A stretch of DNA of 29,774 nt from a virus. Lineage: Duplodnaviria > Caudoviricetes. Where the stretch lies: positions 1 to 29,774 of IMG/VR virus record IMGVR_UViG_3300017716_002286. The stretch is one strand, 5' to 3'. The first letter of the stretch is position 1. Each line of letters opens with the position of its first letter. Below are positions 8,048 through 18,145 of this stretch, one piece after another. Under the pieces are notes generated by a model that searched no databases, had not been told where the DNA came from, and was given only the letters and a program-made list of their open reading frames with translations. Both the position numbers and the translations under genes were made by a program.

Positions 8048-9178
8048 ATGAAAAGTAAGGAAGAAAAAATAACGGATGAAAATCCTTTTGCTGGATTTGG
8101 TGTAATGGACTTGTCCAACACCATGAAAACACCAGAAGACAAGGTTATTCTTGATGAAGAAAAACCAAACATGGCTGCAATGGAAGCTGTTTTAGAAGCT
8201 GAGAAAGCTAAAAAAGAACTTAAATCTTCTGCTTCAGTAGAAGATGAAGATGAGGAAGAAGAAGAGGTTTTAGAGAAAGAAAAAGTTATTAATAACCCAA
8301 ATAAAGGGAATGATGATTTTTCATATAAACCTTTAGTATCTCATTTATCAGATAAAGGAATACTTGATTATGATGAAGATAAATATAAAGACAAAGATTT
8401 TTCAGACGATGATACTTTAGAAGAAGTAGTACGTGATACTATAGAGTCTAATTATAATAAAAGAAAAGAATCTTTTTCTGATGATCTTAAAAAAGCAATT
8501 GAGTGGGAAGAAAATGGAGGAGATATAAATCAATTCTATGATTATTTTTATAATAAAATTAAATACGCAGATCTTAAATTTGAAGGTGATGATACAGAAC
8601 TTCAAAAAGCTGTTCTTAAAGACTATTTAAGATCACAAGGTGAAAAAGATGAAGCAAGGATAGATACCAGAATTGAAAGATATGAACTTGGTGGTATTCT
8701 TGAAGATGAGGCTATTGTAGCTCTTGAAAGGTTACAAGAAGTTGAAGCTAGACATGAGTCTGAAACTATGTCTAAACAAAAAAGAGATACTGAAAATAGA
8801 AGATTAAGAGAAGCAGAAGATTGGAATGCTTTAAAAAAGAATATACTTGACACAGAAGAAATTCAAGGGTTTAAAGTTACTCCTAAACAAAGAGAACAAC
8901 TATTAAACCATATTACTAAAGCAGTAACAAAAGATGGTAAAACACAGTTGCAATTAAATAATGAAAAGAATGGCCAAAAAGCACAACTACTTTATGCTTA
9001 TTTGGATATGGTAAATTATGATCTATCTAAACTTGAAAAACAAGTAAAGAATAAAGTCACTTCAGATTTAAGAAAAAATCTTGGTAAATTTACTGATAGT
9101 AGAAAAGGTCATACTTCAGGTAGAGCAGATGTAACACATGAAGATAATCTTTTTGAAGGATTTAAACGAATAATGTAA
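8048..9178 (+). CDS. Acidic helical protein; probable scaffolding/capsid assembly protein
   Basis: D/E-rich N-terminus and coiled coils; located between portal and MCP, as in crAss-like phages. Confidence 0.65.
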   Translation: MKSKEEKITDENPFAGFGVMDLSNTMKTPEDKVILDEEKPNMAAMEAVLEAEKAKKELKSSASVEDEDEEEEEVLEKEKVINNPNKGNDDFSYKPLVSHLSDKGILDYDEDKYKDKDFSDDDTLEEVVRDTIESNYNKRKESFSDDLKKAIEWEENGGDINQFYDYFYNKIKYADLKFEGDDTELQKAVLKDYLRSQGEKDEARIDTRIERYELGGILEDEAIVALERLQEVEARHESETMSKQKRDTENRRLREAEDWNALKKNILDTEEIQGFKVTPKQREQLLNHITKAVTKDGKTQLQLNNEKNGQKAQLLYAYLDMVNYDLSKLEKQVKNKVTSDLRKNLGKFTDSRKGHTSGRADVTHEDNLFEGFKRIM

Positions 9179-9236
9179 ACAAATATTAATCTAACAGGTA
9201 ATTAGATAAATAAAAATTAAATAAAAACAAAAAAAT

Positions 9237-10694
9237 ATGCAAATTAATGATCTACAGGTTTCTATTGGAAACTGGCATACTGGTTTGACACAGTCAAATC
9301 ACCTACGCAGTTTCTTCCTTATGGAACCTGTTCTAGCCTCTTCTGTTGTAACAAGAGTATACAATAGAATGACGGGCTCTAAAAATCCACTCTCCTTTTT
9401 AACAATTGGAACTGGTCGTGCAAAAGAGTTGCCTGATATTATCTATCGTTGGCCTCTAATGGGTGATTCTGAAAAAGCTATTCCTATTATCTCCAATCTT
9501 GGTGATGGTGGATCTTTTCCAGGAATTGGTAATACTACTTTCCGTGTTGTAATGGCTGAAAAGTGGTTTACACTTGGGGATGTAATTGTTCCTGATAATT
9601 CTGATTATCCTTGTCGTGTACAAGAATATCCAGCTACAAATGGTTTTGGAGATGGATTTATTTACACACTTCAACTTGTAAGCGCTGATCCTACTGCTTA
9701 TATACCTACATCTCTTTTAGAGGCTGGTAAAGAGTTTTCTAAAGACTTTAACTCACAGGAACACGATCATTCAAGAGAAGGTGGAGATACTCACTATGCT
9801 ACTCCGTTTATGATGGAGAATTACATGGGAACTTTCCGTAAAAAATACGAAGTTACAGGTGCAGCACATGAAAAAGTACTTTCTATTAAACTTATGGATC
9901 CTGAATCAGGTAAAACAACTGAAACATGGGTTAAATATGTAGAATGGGAATTTTGGTGCCAGTTTCAAGATGAGATTGAGCGTGCTTTATGGTACGGTAA
10001 ATCAAATATTGATAACACAACTACAATCCCTACAATGAAAGGCTTGTCAGGAAATCCTATCTATATGTCTGCTGGTGTGGAGCAACAACTTGCCCCTGCT
10101 AATAAGCAATACTATACAAGACTTACTGAATCAGTAATTCGTGATTTTTTGAATAACCTTTCTTATGGCGGAACAGAACCAGGACCTCGTGAATACGTTG
10201 CTTTCTGTGGACGTGGTTTCATGGATGGTTTTGATAAAGCTATGAAGTCTAGTGCTTCTAACTTTACATTGGTTGATTCTAAATTTATTACAGGTTCAGG
10301 ACAATCAATGGAACTTGGTGGACAATTTACAAGTTACGTTGGTCTTAATGGTGATAGAATCACTTTGAAAGAACTTCCATTGTATAACAATCCAGTAAGA
10401 AATAGACAGATTCACCCTGAGACAGGTCTTCCTGCAGAATCTTACAAAGCTACTTTCTTGAACTTCAAGATGAATTCTAAAGGTGAGTCAAACATCACTA
10501 AGGTTTATCACAAAGGTCGTGAAATGGTTACTACTTATGTAGAAGGTTTGTATGGTCCTTATGGTCCAAAACAAAGCGGAACATCAGCAACAGCTGTAGA
10601 TGGATATGAATTCCACGCTATGAGTGAATGTGGTGTGATGGTTTCTGATCCTACAGATAGTGGTCAATTAATTCTTTCAGTAGATTCTTTATAG
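9237..10694 (+). CDS. Major capsid protein (HK97 fold, crAss-like)
   Basis: 485 aa; position; motifs FRKKYEVTG, EIERALWYGK, GGQFTSY, DGYEFH...CGVMVSDP; codon usage typical of a highly expressed gene (CGT, TTC, AAC). Confidence 0.9.
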   Translation: MQINDLQVSIGNWHTGLTQSNHLRSFFLMEPVLASSVVTRVYNRMTGSKNPLSFLTIGTGRAKELPDIIYRWPLMGDSEKAIPIISNLGDGGSFPGIGNTTFRVVMAEKWFTLGDVIVPDNSDYPCRVQEYPATNGFGDGFIYTLQLVSADPTAYIPTSLLEAGKEFSKDFNSQEHDHSREGGDTHYATPFMMENYMGTFRKKYEVTGAAHEKVLSIKLMDPESGKTTETWVKYVEWEFWCQFQDEIERALWYGKSNIDNTTTIPTMKGLSGNPIYMSAGVEQQLAPANKQYYTRLTESVIRDFLNNLSYGGTEPGPREYVAFCGRGFMDGFDKAMKSSASNFTLVDSKFITGSGQSMELGGQFTSYVGLNGDRITLKELPLYNNPVRNRQIHPETGLPAESYKATFLNFKMNSKGESNITKVYHKGREMVTTYVEGLYGPYGPKQSGTSATAVDGYEFHAMSECGVMVSDPTDSGQLILSVDSL

Positions 10695-10736
10695 AAAAAT
10701 AAAAATTAATAATAATTAAAAAGAAAAGGAAAAAAA

Positions 10737-11564
10737 ATGTCAACAGAAAAAGATAATGCAGTTTTTGTCTTCCCTAAAAAGAAAATAAAGATTATAAATC
10801 TTGGGAAGCGAAAGTTTTCTAACTTAGCTATGTATCCTCGCACTCGAAAATCCCTTACTACAGTATTAGGTAAGGATCGTAGATATAAGACGGGGTTAAC
10901 TCCCACAGAAGAAACATTCTTTGAAAAAGAATTAGGACTTAAAGCAGGAGCTTTATCAAGAAAACCAAATGATGAAAATGGTACTAATTATTGGGCAGAT
11001 CTTAAAATTATATTTGATTCTAAAGGTCACAATGAATTAGAACTTGATAACATTACAGACTACATTAAATATAAAGTAGCTATCGAACATCCATTAGTAT
11101 GCAACTCACCACTTGAGAAATTAAAATGGCCTGCTGCAGAATGGATGATTATAGATGAAGAATCAGACGCAACACTTGAAGCAGTAGAAATTGATCATGA
11201 GTTGGAAGCTTCTGAACTATTTAATGATATGCCAGCTGAAGATAAAAAAAGTATGCTTAGACTTTATGGAGAAAGAAAGTTGGACAAAGTAAGTCCTAAT
11301 TTGATTAAATCCAGTTTGTTTAAACATATGAAAAAAGATCCTATTAAGTTTAAAAAGCTTGCTACAGATAAGTCACTTCAAATAAGAGTCCTTTTGGAAG
11401 ATTTACTTGAAGCTAAAGTTGTAACCAGAAATGGTAACTATTTTAAAAATGGTGATGATCCTATTGGTAACTCAACAGATGAGGTAATCTCTTATTTTGA
11501 AGATCCAAGAAATTCTTCTGTTAAATTAGCTTTAGAATCTAAACTTAAACTAGGTAAAAAGTAA
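10737..11564 (+). CDS. Conserved crAss-like protein downstream of MCP (crAssphage gene 75-like)
   Basis: Synteny (MCP, ~275-aa gene, ring protein) and a C-terminal GDDPIGNSTDEVISYFEDPRN segment. Confidence 0.6.
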   Translation: MSTEKDNAVFVFPKKKIKIINLGKRKFSNLAMYPRTRKSLTTVLGKDRRYKTGLTPTEETFFEKELGLKAGALSRKPNDENGTNYWADLKIIFDSKGHNELELDNITDYIKYKVAIEHPLVCNSPLEKLKWPAAEWMIIDEESDATLEAVEIDHELEASELFNDMPAEDKKSMLRLYGERKLDKVSPNLIKSSLFKHMKKDPIKFKKLATDKSLQIRVLLEDLLEAKVVTRNGNYFKNGDDPIGNSTDEVISYFEDPRNSSVKLALESKLKLGKK

Positions 11565-11570
11565 TAGAAT

Positions 11571-12257
11571 ATGACAGCAGCAGAAATGTTAACAGCTTTT
11601 AAGTTTGGTTTGGATAAATTTGATAGTTTAAACTATCCTAATTTTGAACCACTCGAAATTGATTTATTATTAAATCAGGCTCAAGACAGATTTGTAAAGC
11701 AGCGTTATGGTTCTACTAATACTAAAAGACAATCTTTTGAGGAAACTCAGAAGAGGACAGACGATTTAAAAAACGTAGTGAAATCTGCTATATTAACACC
11801 TTTAGCTAATCAAATTTTGAATAAGCCTAATGGTGTTTTTATACAGCTTCCTACAGATTATTGGTTTGCTTTAAATGAAGAGTGTGATTTACAATACACA
11901 AATTGTAATAGTACTTTAACAACAACAAGACCTGGTATTAAACCTATACAACATGACGATTACAATAAAACTATTAAAGACCCATTTAATAAACCTTGGG
12001 AAGAAGAAGTAGTTAGACTTGAATCAGATACTTATATAGAATTAATTACAGCTGATAACCAAACAATACAAACTTACTATCTGAGATATATTAAAAAACC
12101 TGTTAGAATAGACTCAGTAAGTAGTACTAATGTAAATTGTGAATTATCAGATCATGCCCATCAAGAAATTGTTGACATGACTATAGCAATAGCTTTAGAA
12201 GGTATTGAAGCACGAAGACAACAAACCTTTAACAATATTAACAATACAAATGAATAA
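11571..12257 (+). CDS. Tail ring protein (crAssphage gene 74-like)
   Basis: EIDLLLNQAQDRFVKQRY...LPTDY...YYLRYIKKP...CELSDHAHQEIVDMTI: head-tail adaptor/ring pattern. Confidence 0.75.
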   Translation: MTAAEMLTAFKFGLDKFDSLNYPNFEPLEIDLLLNQAQDRFVKQRYGSTNTKRQSFEETQKRTDDLKNVVKSAILTPLANQILNKPNGVFIQLPTDYWFALNEECDLQYTNCNSTLTTTRPGIKPIQHDDYNKTIKDPFNKPWEEEVVRLESDTYIELITADNQTIQTYYLRYIKKPVRIDSVSSTNVNCELSDHAHQEIVDMTIAIALEGIEARRQQTFNNINNTNE

Positions 12258-12272
12258 TAATAATAAATAATA

Positions 12273-12788
12273 ATGGCAATAAAAACAACAATAAACCAAG
12301 CTACAGGTACATCATTTGGAGCAAAGGTTAACACGTTTCCAAAAGCCCAACAAGCTGTTATAACAAATGTTATTGATACATTAAATAATGTTATCGATGG
12401 TTCTATTTCTACAACAGATCTTACGCTTTCAGGAACACTCGCTGTTACGGGGGTTTCAACATTAACAGGTGGTATAGTTGCGGGTAAAGGTAATGTTACT
12501 CAACTTACATCAATTACAACAGGTGTTGCAACAGGTGCTACACCAGCAGGAGTTATCACAACAGTGAGCACTACTTTAGCTGGAAACACTAATTCTACAT
12601 TTATTGTAACAAATGGATTAGTTACAGCAACATCAGTAATTATGCTTACAGTAGATGATTCACTTACGGCTAGTGTAGCTACAGTGGCTGTTCAGGAAGT
12701 TAGTGCTGGTGTATTCAGTATTAATATTTCAAATATTACTGCTTCAGCATTTAACAATAAACTTAAAATTCATTACCTGATAGTATAA
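12273..12788 (+). CDS. Putative head fibre/decoration protein
   Basis: T/G/A/V-rich; short N-terminal helix, fibre-like LTLSGTLAVTGVSTLTGG segment and a beta-rich C-terminal domain; located in the capsid operon. Confidence 0.5.
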   Translation: MAIKTTINQATGTSFGAKVNTFPKAQQAVITNVIDTLNNVIDGSISTTDLTLSGTLAVTGVSTLTGGIVAGKGNVTQLTSITTGVATGATPAGVITTVSTTLAGNTNSTFIVTNGLVTATSVIMLTVDDSLTASVATVAVQEVSAGVFSINISNITASAFNNKLKIHYLIV

Positions 12789-12832
12789 CAATAACAATAT
12801 AATTTAAATTAAAAAACAAATAAAATAAAAAT

Positions 12833-14110
12833 ATGTCAAATTTACAAAGAGTAACAAATGTTTTTATTGGTGATGGTACAGCTCTTCCTGCTTCAGGATC
12901 ACTTATTACCTCAGCTAATATTGCAAATGGAGTAGTAGACATTGCTGGTGTGGATATGAACACAATGGCTTCAGGTGCTACTATTTCAGATACAGAATCT
13001 ATTTATATGGTTGAAGGAAGACTTACTTCAAGTTCTACACAACCAGTAAAAAGATCTATGAAAATCCCAGGACGTAAGATCACATCTTATCTTGGAACTT
13101 CTTATGCACCAGCTTCAAGAGACGTTTGGGCAATTGGATACAACAGACAAAGTGCTGCTGGTTTAATTACAGCTACAAATGATGCTACTTACACATTTCA
13201 CGTCAGACTAAAAAACCCAAAGTTTTTATATTCTGAAAGAATTTTAGCAAAAGCACTATCTTTTAGATCAGCTGCTGTTGCAACACAATTAACTATTGCT
13301 ACACAGATAAAAAATGCTATTGATGCAGACTTAATTTTAAGTAAACATGTAGAAACAGTTGTTGTAGGTAACGGAACAGGTGTAATGGGACTTACTGCTG
13401 CTACAGCATTTGGAGTTGAAATTACAGCTAAACTTATTTCTGTAACACAAGCTAACTCAACTTATTTCCAAGAAGAAAGAGTTTATTTTGATATTGAACT
13501 TGAAGACTTTGATTCTGCATTTGGAGCTACTACAGCTACCCAAATTGAGAATATGACTTATGGTAAAAATACTTTTAACCAAGTTAAATTGTCTGAAAGA
13601 AAAAATATCAGTTACGAAGGAGTATTGAATTTTACTCAATTTCCTATTCCAATTCAAACTTATGCTGCTTCTAGTACATTATTTAGTTCTAGTATAGTTA
13701 CAGCTACAACTGGTAACGTATCTATTACTATTTTAGAAGATGTTGCAACAGTAACATCTAATACTATTATACGCCCTGGTGAAATTGTATTGATTGATAC
13801 TGTACAATATGAAGTTAAATATCTTATTGGAACTACTAAATTTGTAGTTGTAGGAGTAGCTTCAGCAACTTTTTCAGGAGCTACTTTTAAAGTAAGATAC
13901 AAATATGATGCAATTGTTATTGAATTCTCTAATCCTAACCAATTAGAAGGAGCTGGTGTTAGTCAAGACAACAAACAATGTGTTATGATTGCTATACCAT
14001 CAATTGACGCAGGAGGAGCTTACACATCACAATCTGCACAACTTACCTCAGTACTTGCTAAATTGAATCCATATATGGCTTCTTTAGGATTTGCTAACTT
14101 GGTACTTTAA
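12833..14110 (+). CDS. Probable auxiliary capsid protein (crAssphage gene 73-like)
   Basis: 425 aa, beta-rich, position in the capsid operon, A-rich leader, C-terminal YDAIVIEF...VMIAIP pattern. Confidence 0.6.
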   Translation: MSNLQRVTNVFIGDGTALPASGSLITSANIANGVVDIAGVDMNTMASGATISDTESIYMVEGRLTSSSTQPVKRSMKIPGRKITSYLGTSYAPASRDVWAIGYNRQSAAGLITATNDATYTFHVRLKNPKFLYSERILAKALSFRSAAVATQLTIATQIKNAIDADLILSKHVETVVVGNGTGVMGLTAATAFGVEITAKLISVTQANSTYFQEERVYFDIELEDFDSAFGATTATQIENMTYGKNTFNQVKLSERKNISYEGVLNFTQFPIPIQTYAASSTLFSSSIVTATTGNVSITILEDVATVTSNTIIRPGEIVLIDTVQYEVKYLIGTTKFVVVGVASATFSGATFKVRYKYDAIVIEFSNPNQLEGAGVSQDNKQCVMIAIPSIDAGGAYTSQSAQLTSVLAKLNPYMASLGFANLVL

Positions 14111-14147
14111 TAATTAAAATTTAATAATAGATAAAACTAAATAATAA

Positions 14148-14543
14148 ATGGCAAATCAATTTTTGAAACTAAATGTTGTAAAAGCAACATTTGATCCGTC
14201 AGGAGACGCAACAAAGCGAGTTATAGCAGCACATAGTTCTGGGGTATTTATTCCAGCAGGAGCTATTATAACAAAAACTATGTATGACGTACTTACTACA
14301 TTTACATCAGCTACAGATGCTGGTGAAATTGCAGTATCTGTTGCAGCAGCTAATGATATTAAAACAGCTACAGCTATCAGTACAGGTACAACTTATGACA
14401 ACATAGCAGCACTTGTTGCTGGTACACCAATTTCTGCAGCTACAGCTATTAAGCTTAGTGCAGATAAAGAAGTAATCTTCACAACAACTGTTGAAGCTCT
14501 TACTGCTGGTAAGTTGGATTTTTATATTGAATATTACCTTTAA
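14148..14543 (+). CDS. Small beta-sandwich virion protein (cement/spike-base-like)
   Basis: IPAGAIITK...VLTTFTS...ALTAGKLDFYIEY pattern seen in small capsid-associated proteins. Confidence 0.55.
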   Translation: MANQFLKLNVVKATFDPSGDATKRVIAAHSSGVFIPAGAIITKTMYDVLTTFTSATDAGEIAVSVAAANDIKTATAISTGTTYDNIAALVAGTPISAATAIKLSADKEVIFTTTVEALTAGKLDFYIEYYL

Positions 14544-14554
14544 AAAGTAATACG

Positions 14555-14605
14555 GCAGGGGGAGGTTATGTTTATCCTTTACTTTTCCTCTCCCTGTTTT
14601 TTTTT
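14555..14605 (+). terminator. Intrinsic terminator-like hairpin ending the capsid operon
   Basis: GCAGGGGGAGG (14555-14565) pairs with CCTCTCCCTGT (14587-14597): 11 bp including 2 G-U, 21-nt loop, followed by a T-run to 14605. Confidence 0.7.
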
Positions 14606-14640
14606 AAAATTTAAGGATATTTAATAATTAAAGAAAAGAA

Positions 14641-15222
14641 ATGGTAACAGTACTTAACATAGATGCATCAGTAGCAGAAAATTGTAAGAAATTAAGATTT
14701 TATGAAACTACTGGTATTTATAATGCAGTAAGTAATACAACAGGTTGGGGATCACCTAATGAAGCAACAACAGCAGCTTTAACTGCTACTCTTGATGTTT
14801 TAACTCCTGCTGGTAATGCTTATACTTTTAATGGTGCTTCAGTAACACCTCTATACCCAAACTGGCCTACAACAAATGGTAATGCTTATTATGAGCTTGA
14901 TTCATCTTTAATAGGTTACGGTACAAATCAGGAATTACCTGATGGTGTATATAGATTTACATATACAGTAACTACAACACTAAATACATATACACAAGTA
15001 ATTGAAAAATTATTTTATTGTAATGCACAATGCTGTGTTAGCAATATGTTTGCTGATATAGATTATGAGTGTGATTGTTCTACTGATAAAATTAACAAAG
15101 CAAAAAAAGCATGGTTAATGCTTGAAAGTTTAGGTTACGCTTCAAAAAGTGGACAGAAAACTTATTTTGCAAATTTACTTGAGGATATAAACAAACTTTG
15201 TACAGGAAACTGTAACTGTTAA
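14641..15222 (+). CDS. Probable tail hub/fibre-attachment protein with Cys-rich C-terminus
   Basis: LPDGVYRFTYTV motif, then CNAQCC...ECDC...CTGNCNC; synteny with crAss-like hub genes. Confidence 0.55.
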   Translation: MVTVLNIDASVAENCKKLRFYETTGIYNAVSNTTGWGSPNEATTAALTATLDVLTPAGNAYTFNGASVTPLYPNWPTTNGNAYYELDSSLIGYGTNQELPDGVYRFTYTVTTTLNTYTQVIEKLFYCNAQCCVSNMFADIDYECDCSTDKINKAKKAWLMLESLGYASKSGQKTYFANLLEDINKLCTGNCNC

Positions 15223-15236
15223 AAACATATATAAAA

Positions 15237-16052
15237 ATGGCGTGTGATTGTCAAAATAGTAGTACACTAACTACTGGTATAAATGGTTATAATGCTTTTA
15301 CTGTAACTACAGCAAGCTATACACAACCAGCAGTAAATACCAATGTAACTATTAGTGTATCAAATAATAGTCAATATACTGGTGTTTGGGCTGTTGCAGG
15401 TCAAACTATATATATTGATAATGGTGGGTATTACATTGTTGTAAGCTCAACAGCTACATCATTAGTAGTTAAATATGAATCAGATTATGCAACATTTAAT
15501 CAGGCTTTAACTGCATCTGCATCTACAGTAGCTACAAATAAAAAAGTATCTCCTGCTGGTAAAAAAGGCACAGACAGTTCAAATACTGCATCTATAATTT
15601 ACGCTTATAATAATTTAACTGGTGTTGGTAATAGTGCAGCTGTAGGGGAAGATACTCTTGGTAGCTATACTATACTAGCTAGTGAGTTAGATGTAAATAA
15701 TGATGAATTAGATTTTTATATTTTTTATGATTATTTTGAGAATGAGCGAGTTACAATAAGATTAAAATTAGGTGGAAGTACTATTTATACATATAATGAA
15801 GTAGGAGCTTTAGATACTAATAATACTTTGAAAATCAAAGTAGCAAGAATATCTAATACCTCACAGATATGGACTATTGAAAAATTTTCGTCAGATCTTA
15901 CAAAAATATCATCATATTTATTTGTTGATGACACAAGTTCTGCTGCAACATTAAGTAATGCAAATTTATTTGAAATTACAGCAGATAATTTATCACTTGG
16001 AGCAAATCAAGTAGTATTAAAAAAATTAGTAATTAAAAAAGATAACGCATAA
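15237..16052 (+). CDS. Putative tail fibre/virion structural protein
   Basis: Beta-rich and T/S/N-rich; N-terminal MACDC; short GING/GKKG collagen-like hinges. Confidence 0.5.
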   Translation: MACDCQNSSTLTTGINGYNAFTVTTASYTQPAVNTNVTISVSNNSQYTGVWAVAGQTIYIDNGGYYIVVSSTATSLVVKYESDYATFNQALTASASTVATNKKVSPAGKKGTDSSNTASIIYAYNNLTGVGNSAAVGEDTLGSYTILASELDVNNDELDFYIFYDYFENERVTIRLKLGGSTIYTYNEVGALDTNNTLKIKVARISNTSQIWTIEKFSSDLTKISSYLFVDDTSSAATLSNANLFEITADNLSLGANQVVLKKLVIKKDNA

Positions 16053-16816
16053 TGGCTAAAGCAGATAATATATATGAACAAGTTTTGTCAGCTGCAGGTA
16101 GTATTGTAGCTATAGATGTTGCTTTTCCTTATGATAGATATGTATTTACAGGTACAGGTGCTTTAGTTGGTGCAATAAGTATTAGCTCAACTGGTACCCC
16201 TATAAAAGGAACTGTAATAAAAATGCAATTTGATTGTACATTTACAGCAGGTGGTGCTACTTTTACAGTTTTTTCAACAACAGTAAATAGTAGTCTTATT
16301 GGTAAATCGTTTCAAGCAGAGGCTTTTTATAATGGTGCAACTTGGGATGTTAGTTTGTTTCCAGATTTTTTTAATACACAGATAATAACAAGCACTAATA
16401 TTATAGATGCTACAATAACTGGTAGTAAAATAGCAGCTGCTACAGTAGCTTTAAGTAATCTTGTAGCTGATTCTAATATCCAAACTCAAACTTTAGAAAT
16501 AAGTTTTGAAACAGGGGAACAATGTAATAATAAAATACAAATTCCAACAGCTTTTACAATAACCAGAATATATTTAGAAGTTATTAAAGCTTTAGCAGCA
16601 ACAAATGCAGGTACAATAGTACCAGCAATTGATGGTGTTAATATAACTTTAAATACTCCAATATCTTTAGCTGCAAGTACAGCAATTAATACAACAAGTA
16701 CCTATAATTGTACAGCTCTTAATACAGGTGCGGCAGATAGTATACTTAGTTTTGTAGCAGCAAAAACAGATGCTGGTGGTAAAGTAAGAATAACAATAAA
16801 ATTAACAAAGTCGTAA
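16052..16816 (+). CDS. Putative virion structural/fibre protein
   Basis: Beta-rich; contains IIDATITGSKIAAATV fibre-type repeat; C-terminal domain resembles the 14148 protein. Confidence 0.5.
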   Translation: MAKADNIYEQVLSAAGSIVAIDVAFPYDRYVFTGTGALVGAISISSTGTPIKGTVIKMQFDCTFTAGGATFTVFSTTVNSSLIGKSFQAEAFYNGATWDVSLFPDFFNTQIITSTNIIDATITGSKIAAATVALSNLVADSNIQTQTLEISFETGEQCNNKIQIPTAFTITRIYLEVIKALAATNAGTIVPAIDGVNITLNTPISLAASTAINTTSTYNCTALNTGAADSILSFVAAKTDAGGKVRITIKLTKS

Positions 16817-16817
16817 A

Positions 16818-17123
16818 ATGGCTGTATATTTAATACAATCAGATTTAAATGAAAGATTACAAAAAGCATATATTTGTGCTGGTAATCTTGCATATAATAC
16901 TAGTAAAGAATATAGATATGGCATTAAATGTGCTGATAAACATTTAGAAGATATGTTTCTTTTAACTGTTTTTATTAAAATATTACAATGTTATATACCA
17001 ATAACAGCATTAACAGAAAATGATAATTTAAACTGTATTACTGAAAAACAAGCAATATATTTGTTTGAACAAATATCTGAAATATGTAATATGAGTTTTG
17101 ATACAATAAATACAACCTATTAA
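16818..17123 (+). CDS. Small helical Cys-containing protein; possible second tail hub subunit
   Basis: 101 aa, helical, YRYGIKC and NCITEKQ...ISEIC motifs; located in the tail cluster. Confidence 0.45.
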   Translation: MAVYLIQSDLNERLQKAYICAGNLAYNTSKEYRYGIKCADKHLEDMFLLTVFIKILQCYIPITALTENDNLNCITEKQAIYLFEQISEICNMSFDTINTTY

Positions 17124-17125
17124 TT

Positions 17126-17434
17126 ATGACACAAGTAGAAACCTTTTTAAGAGATATATTTAAAAAAATAACCAGTGGTATAGTAATACTAACAGGTTCT
17201 GGTACAGAAACATCAACAGCCACTACTGTAACATCAAGTACTGCATCTCCAGTAGCTGCAGGTAAAGCATCTGTAATATTTACAACAAATGCAACTTTTG
17301 CTGGTACAATTTTAGGAGCAACTAGACTTCCATCAACAACATATTCATTTACTGTTAGTAATCCAAGTAAAACACTTGATGCAATTGCTTATACAGTAAC
17401 TTCAGGAAGTATGATAATTGATGTAACTGTATAA
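17126..17434 (+). CDS. Small beta-rich structural protein
   Basis: T/S-rich 102-aa ORF in the tail cluster. Confidence 0.5.
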   Translation: MTQVETFLRDIFKKITSGIVILTGSGTETSTATTVTSSTASPVAAGKASVIFTTNATFAGTILGATRLPSTTYSFTVSNPSKTLDAIAYTVTSGSMIIDVTV

Positions 17435-17450
17435 TTATATTTAAAATAAT

Positions 17451-18113
17451 ATGGCAATCCAAATCAAAGAACACTTTCTTGACAAGGCACAATACCTTGT
17501 CGGTAGTGGTAAGAAAGAATGGATATTCCTGCATCACACAGCAGGGTGGGATAATCCAATGGGTACTATTGATGGTTGGAATAGAGATACACGAGGACAA
17601 GTTGCAACGGAGTTTGTTTTAGGTGGTCAGAGTATAATAAAAAAGAAAGACCATATTCATGATGGAGTAATTGCACAAGCATTTCCATCAGGCAACTACG
17701 GTTGGCATCTTGGAACAGGCAACAGTCTGATGCACAGAAATTCAGTAGGCATTGAGATTTGTAGTTTTGGTCAAGTTGTGAAGGGTAAGAACTATGTCAA
17801 CCTAGCTGTTCCAGAGGAGCAGACGGTAAAACTTGATAAAGCATTCAGAGGATTTCAGCACTGGCATAAATATTCAGATAAGCAACTTGTTAGTTTAAAG
17901 GAGTTAATTTTGTTTATTGCCAACAGAGATAGTATAGACCCAAGAAAAGGGTTGGTTGAATTAATAAAGGAAAAAGGAGTTGAAGCATTTAATGTAATGG
18001 ACGTAGCTATGTGTTCAAAAAAACACGGAATGTGGACTCACACCAATGTATTGAAGGGTAAAGTGGATTGTAGTCCACAACCGAATTTAATTGATATGCT
18101 ATTAAGTTTATAA
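17451..18113 (+). CDS. Endolysin, N-acetylmuramoyl-L-alanine amidase (Amidase_2 type)
   Basis: IFLHHTAG, GWHLG, NSVGIEIC, YSDKQLVSLKELI, WTHTNV...KVDC: the Zn-amidase motif series. Confidence 0.85.
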   Translation: MAIQIKEHFLDKAQYLVGSGKKEWIFLHHTAGWDNPMGTIDGWNRDTRGQVATEFVLGGQSIIKKKDHIHDGVIAQAFPSGNYGWHLGTGNSLMHRNSVGIEICSFGQVVKGKNYVNLAVPEEQTVKLDKAFRGFQHWHKYSDKQLVSLKELILFIANRDSIDPRKGLVELIKEKGVEAFNVMDVAMCSKKHGMWTHTNVLKGKVDCSPQPNLIDMLLSL

Positions 18114-18145
18114 AAAGCATATAATTACATAAAATTGAATTACAA

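Noticed and set aside
3472-10694. Introns or inteins in TerL, portal or MCP
   Set aside because: The ORFs are continuous and of ordinary length, with no recognisable intein or homing-endonuclease motifs.
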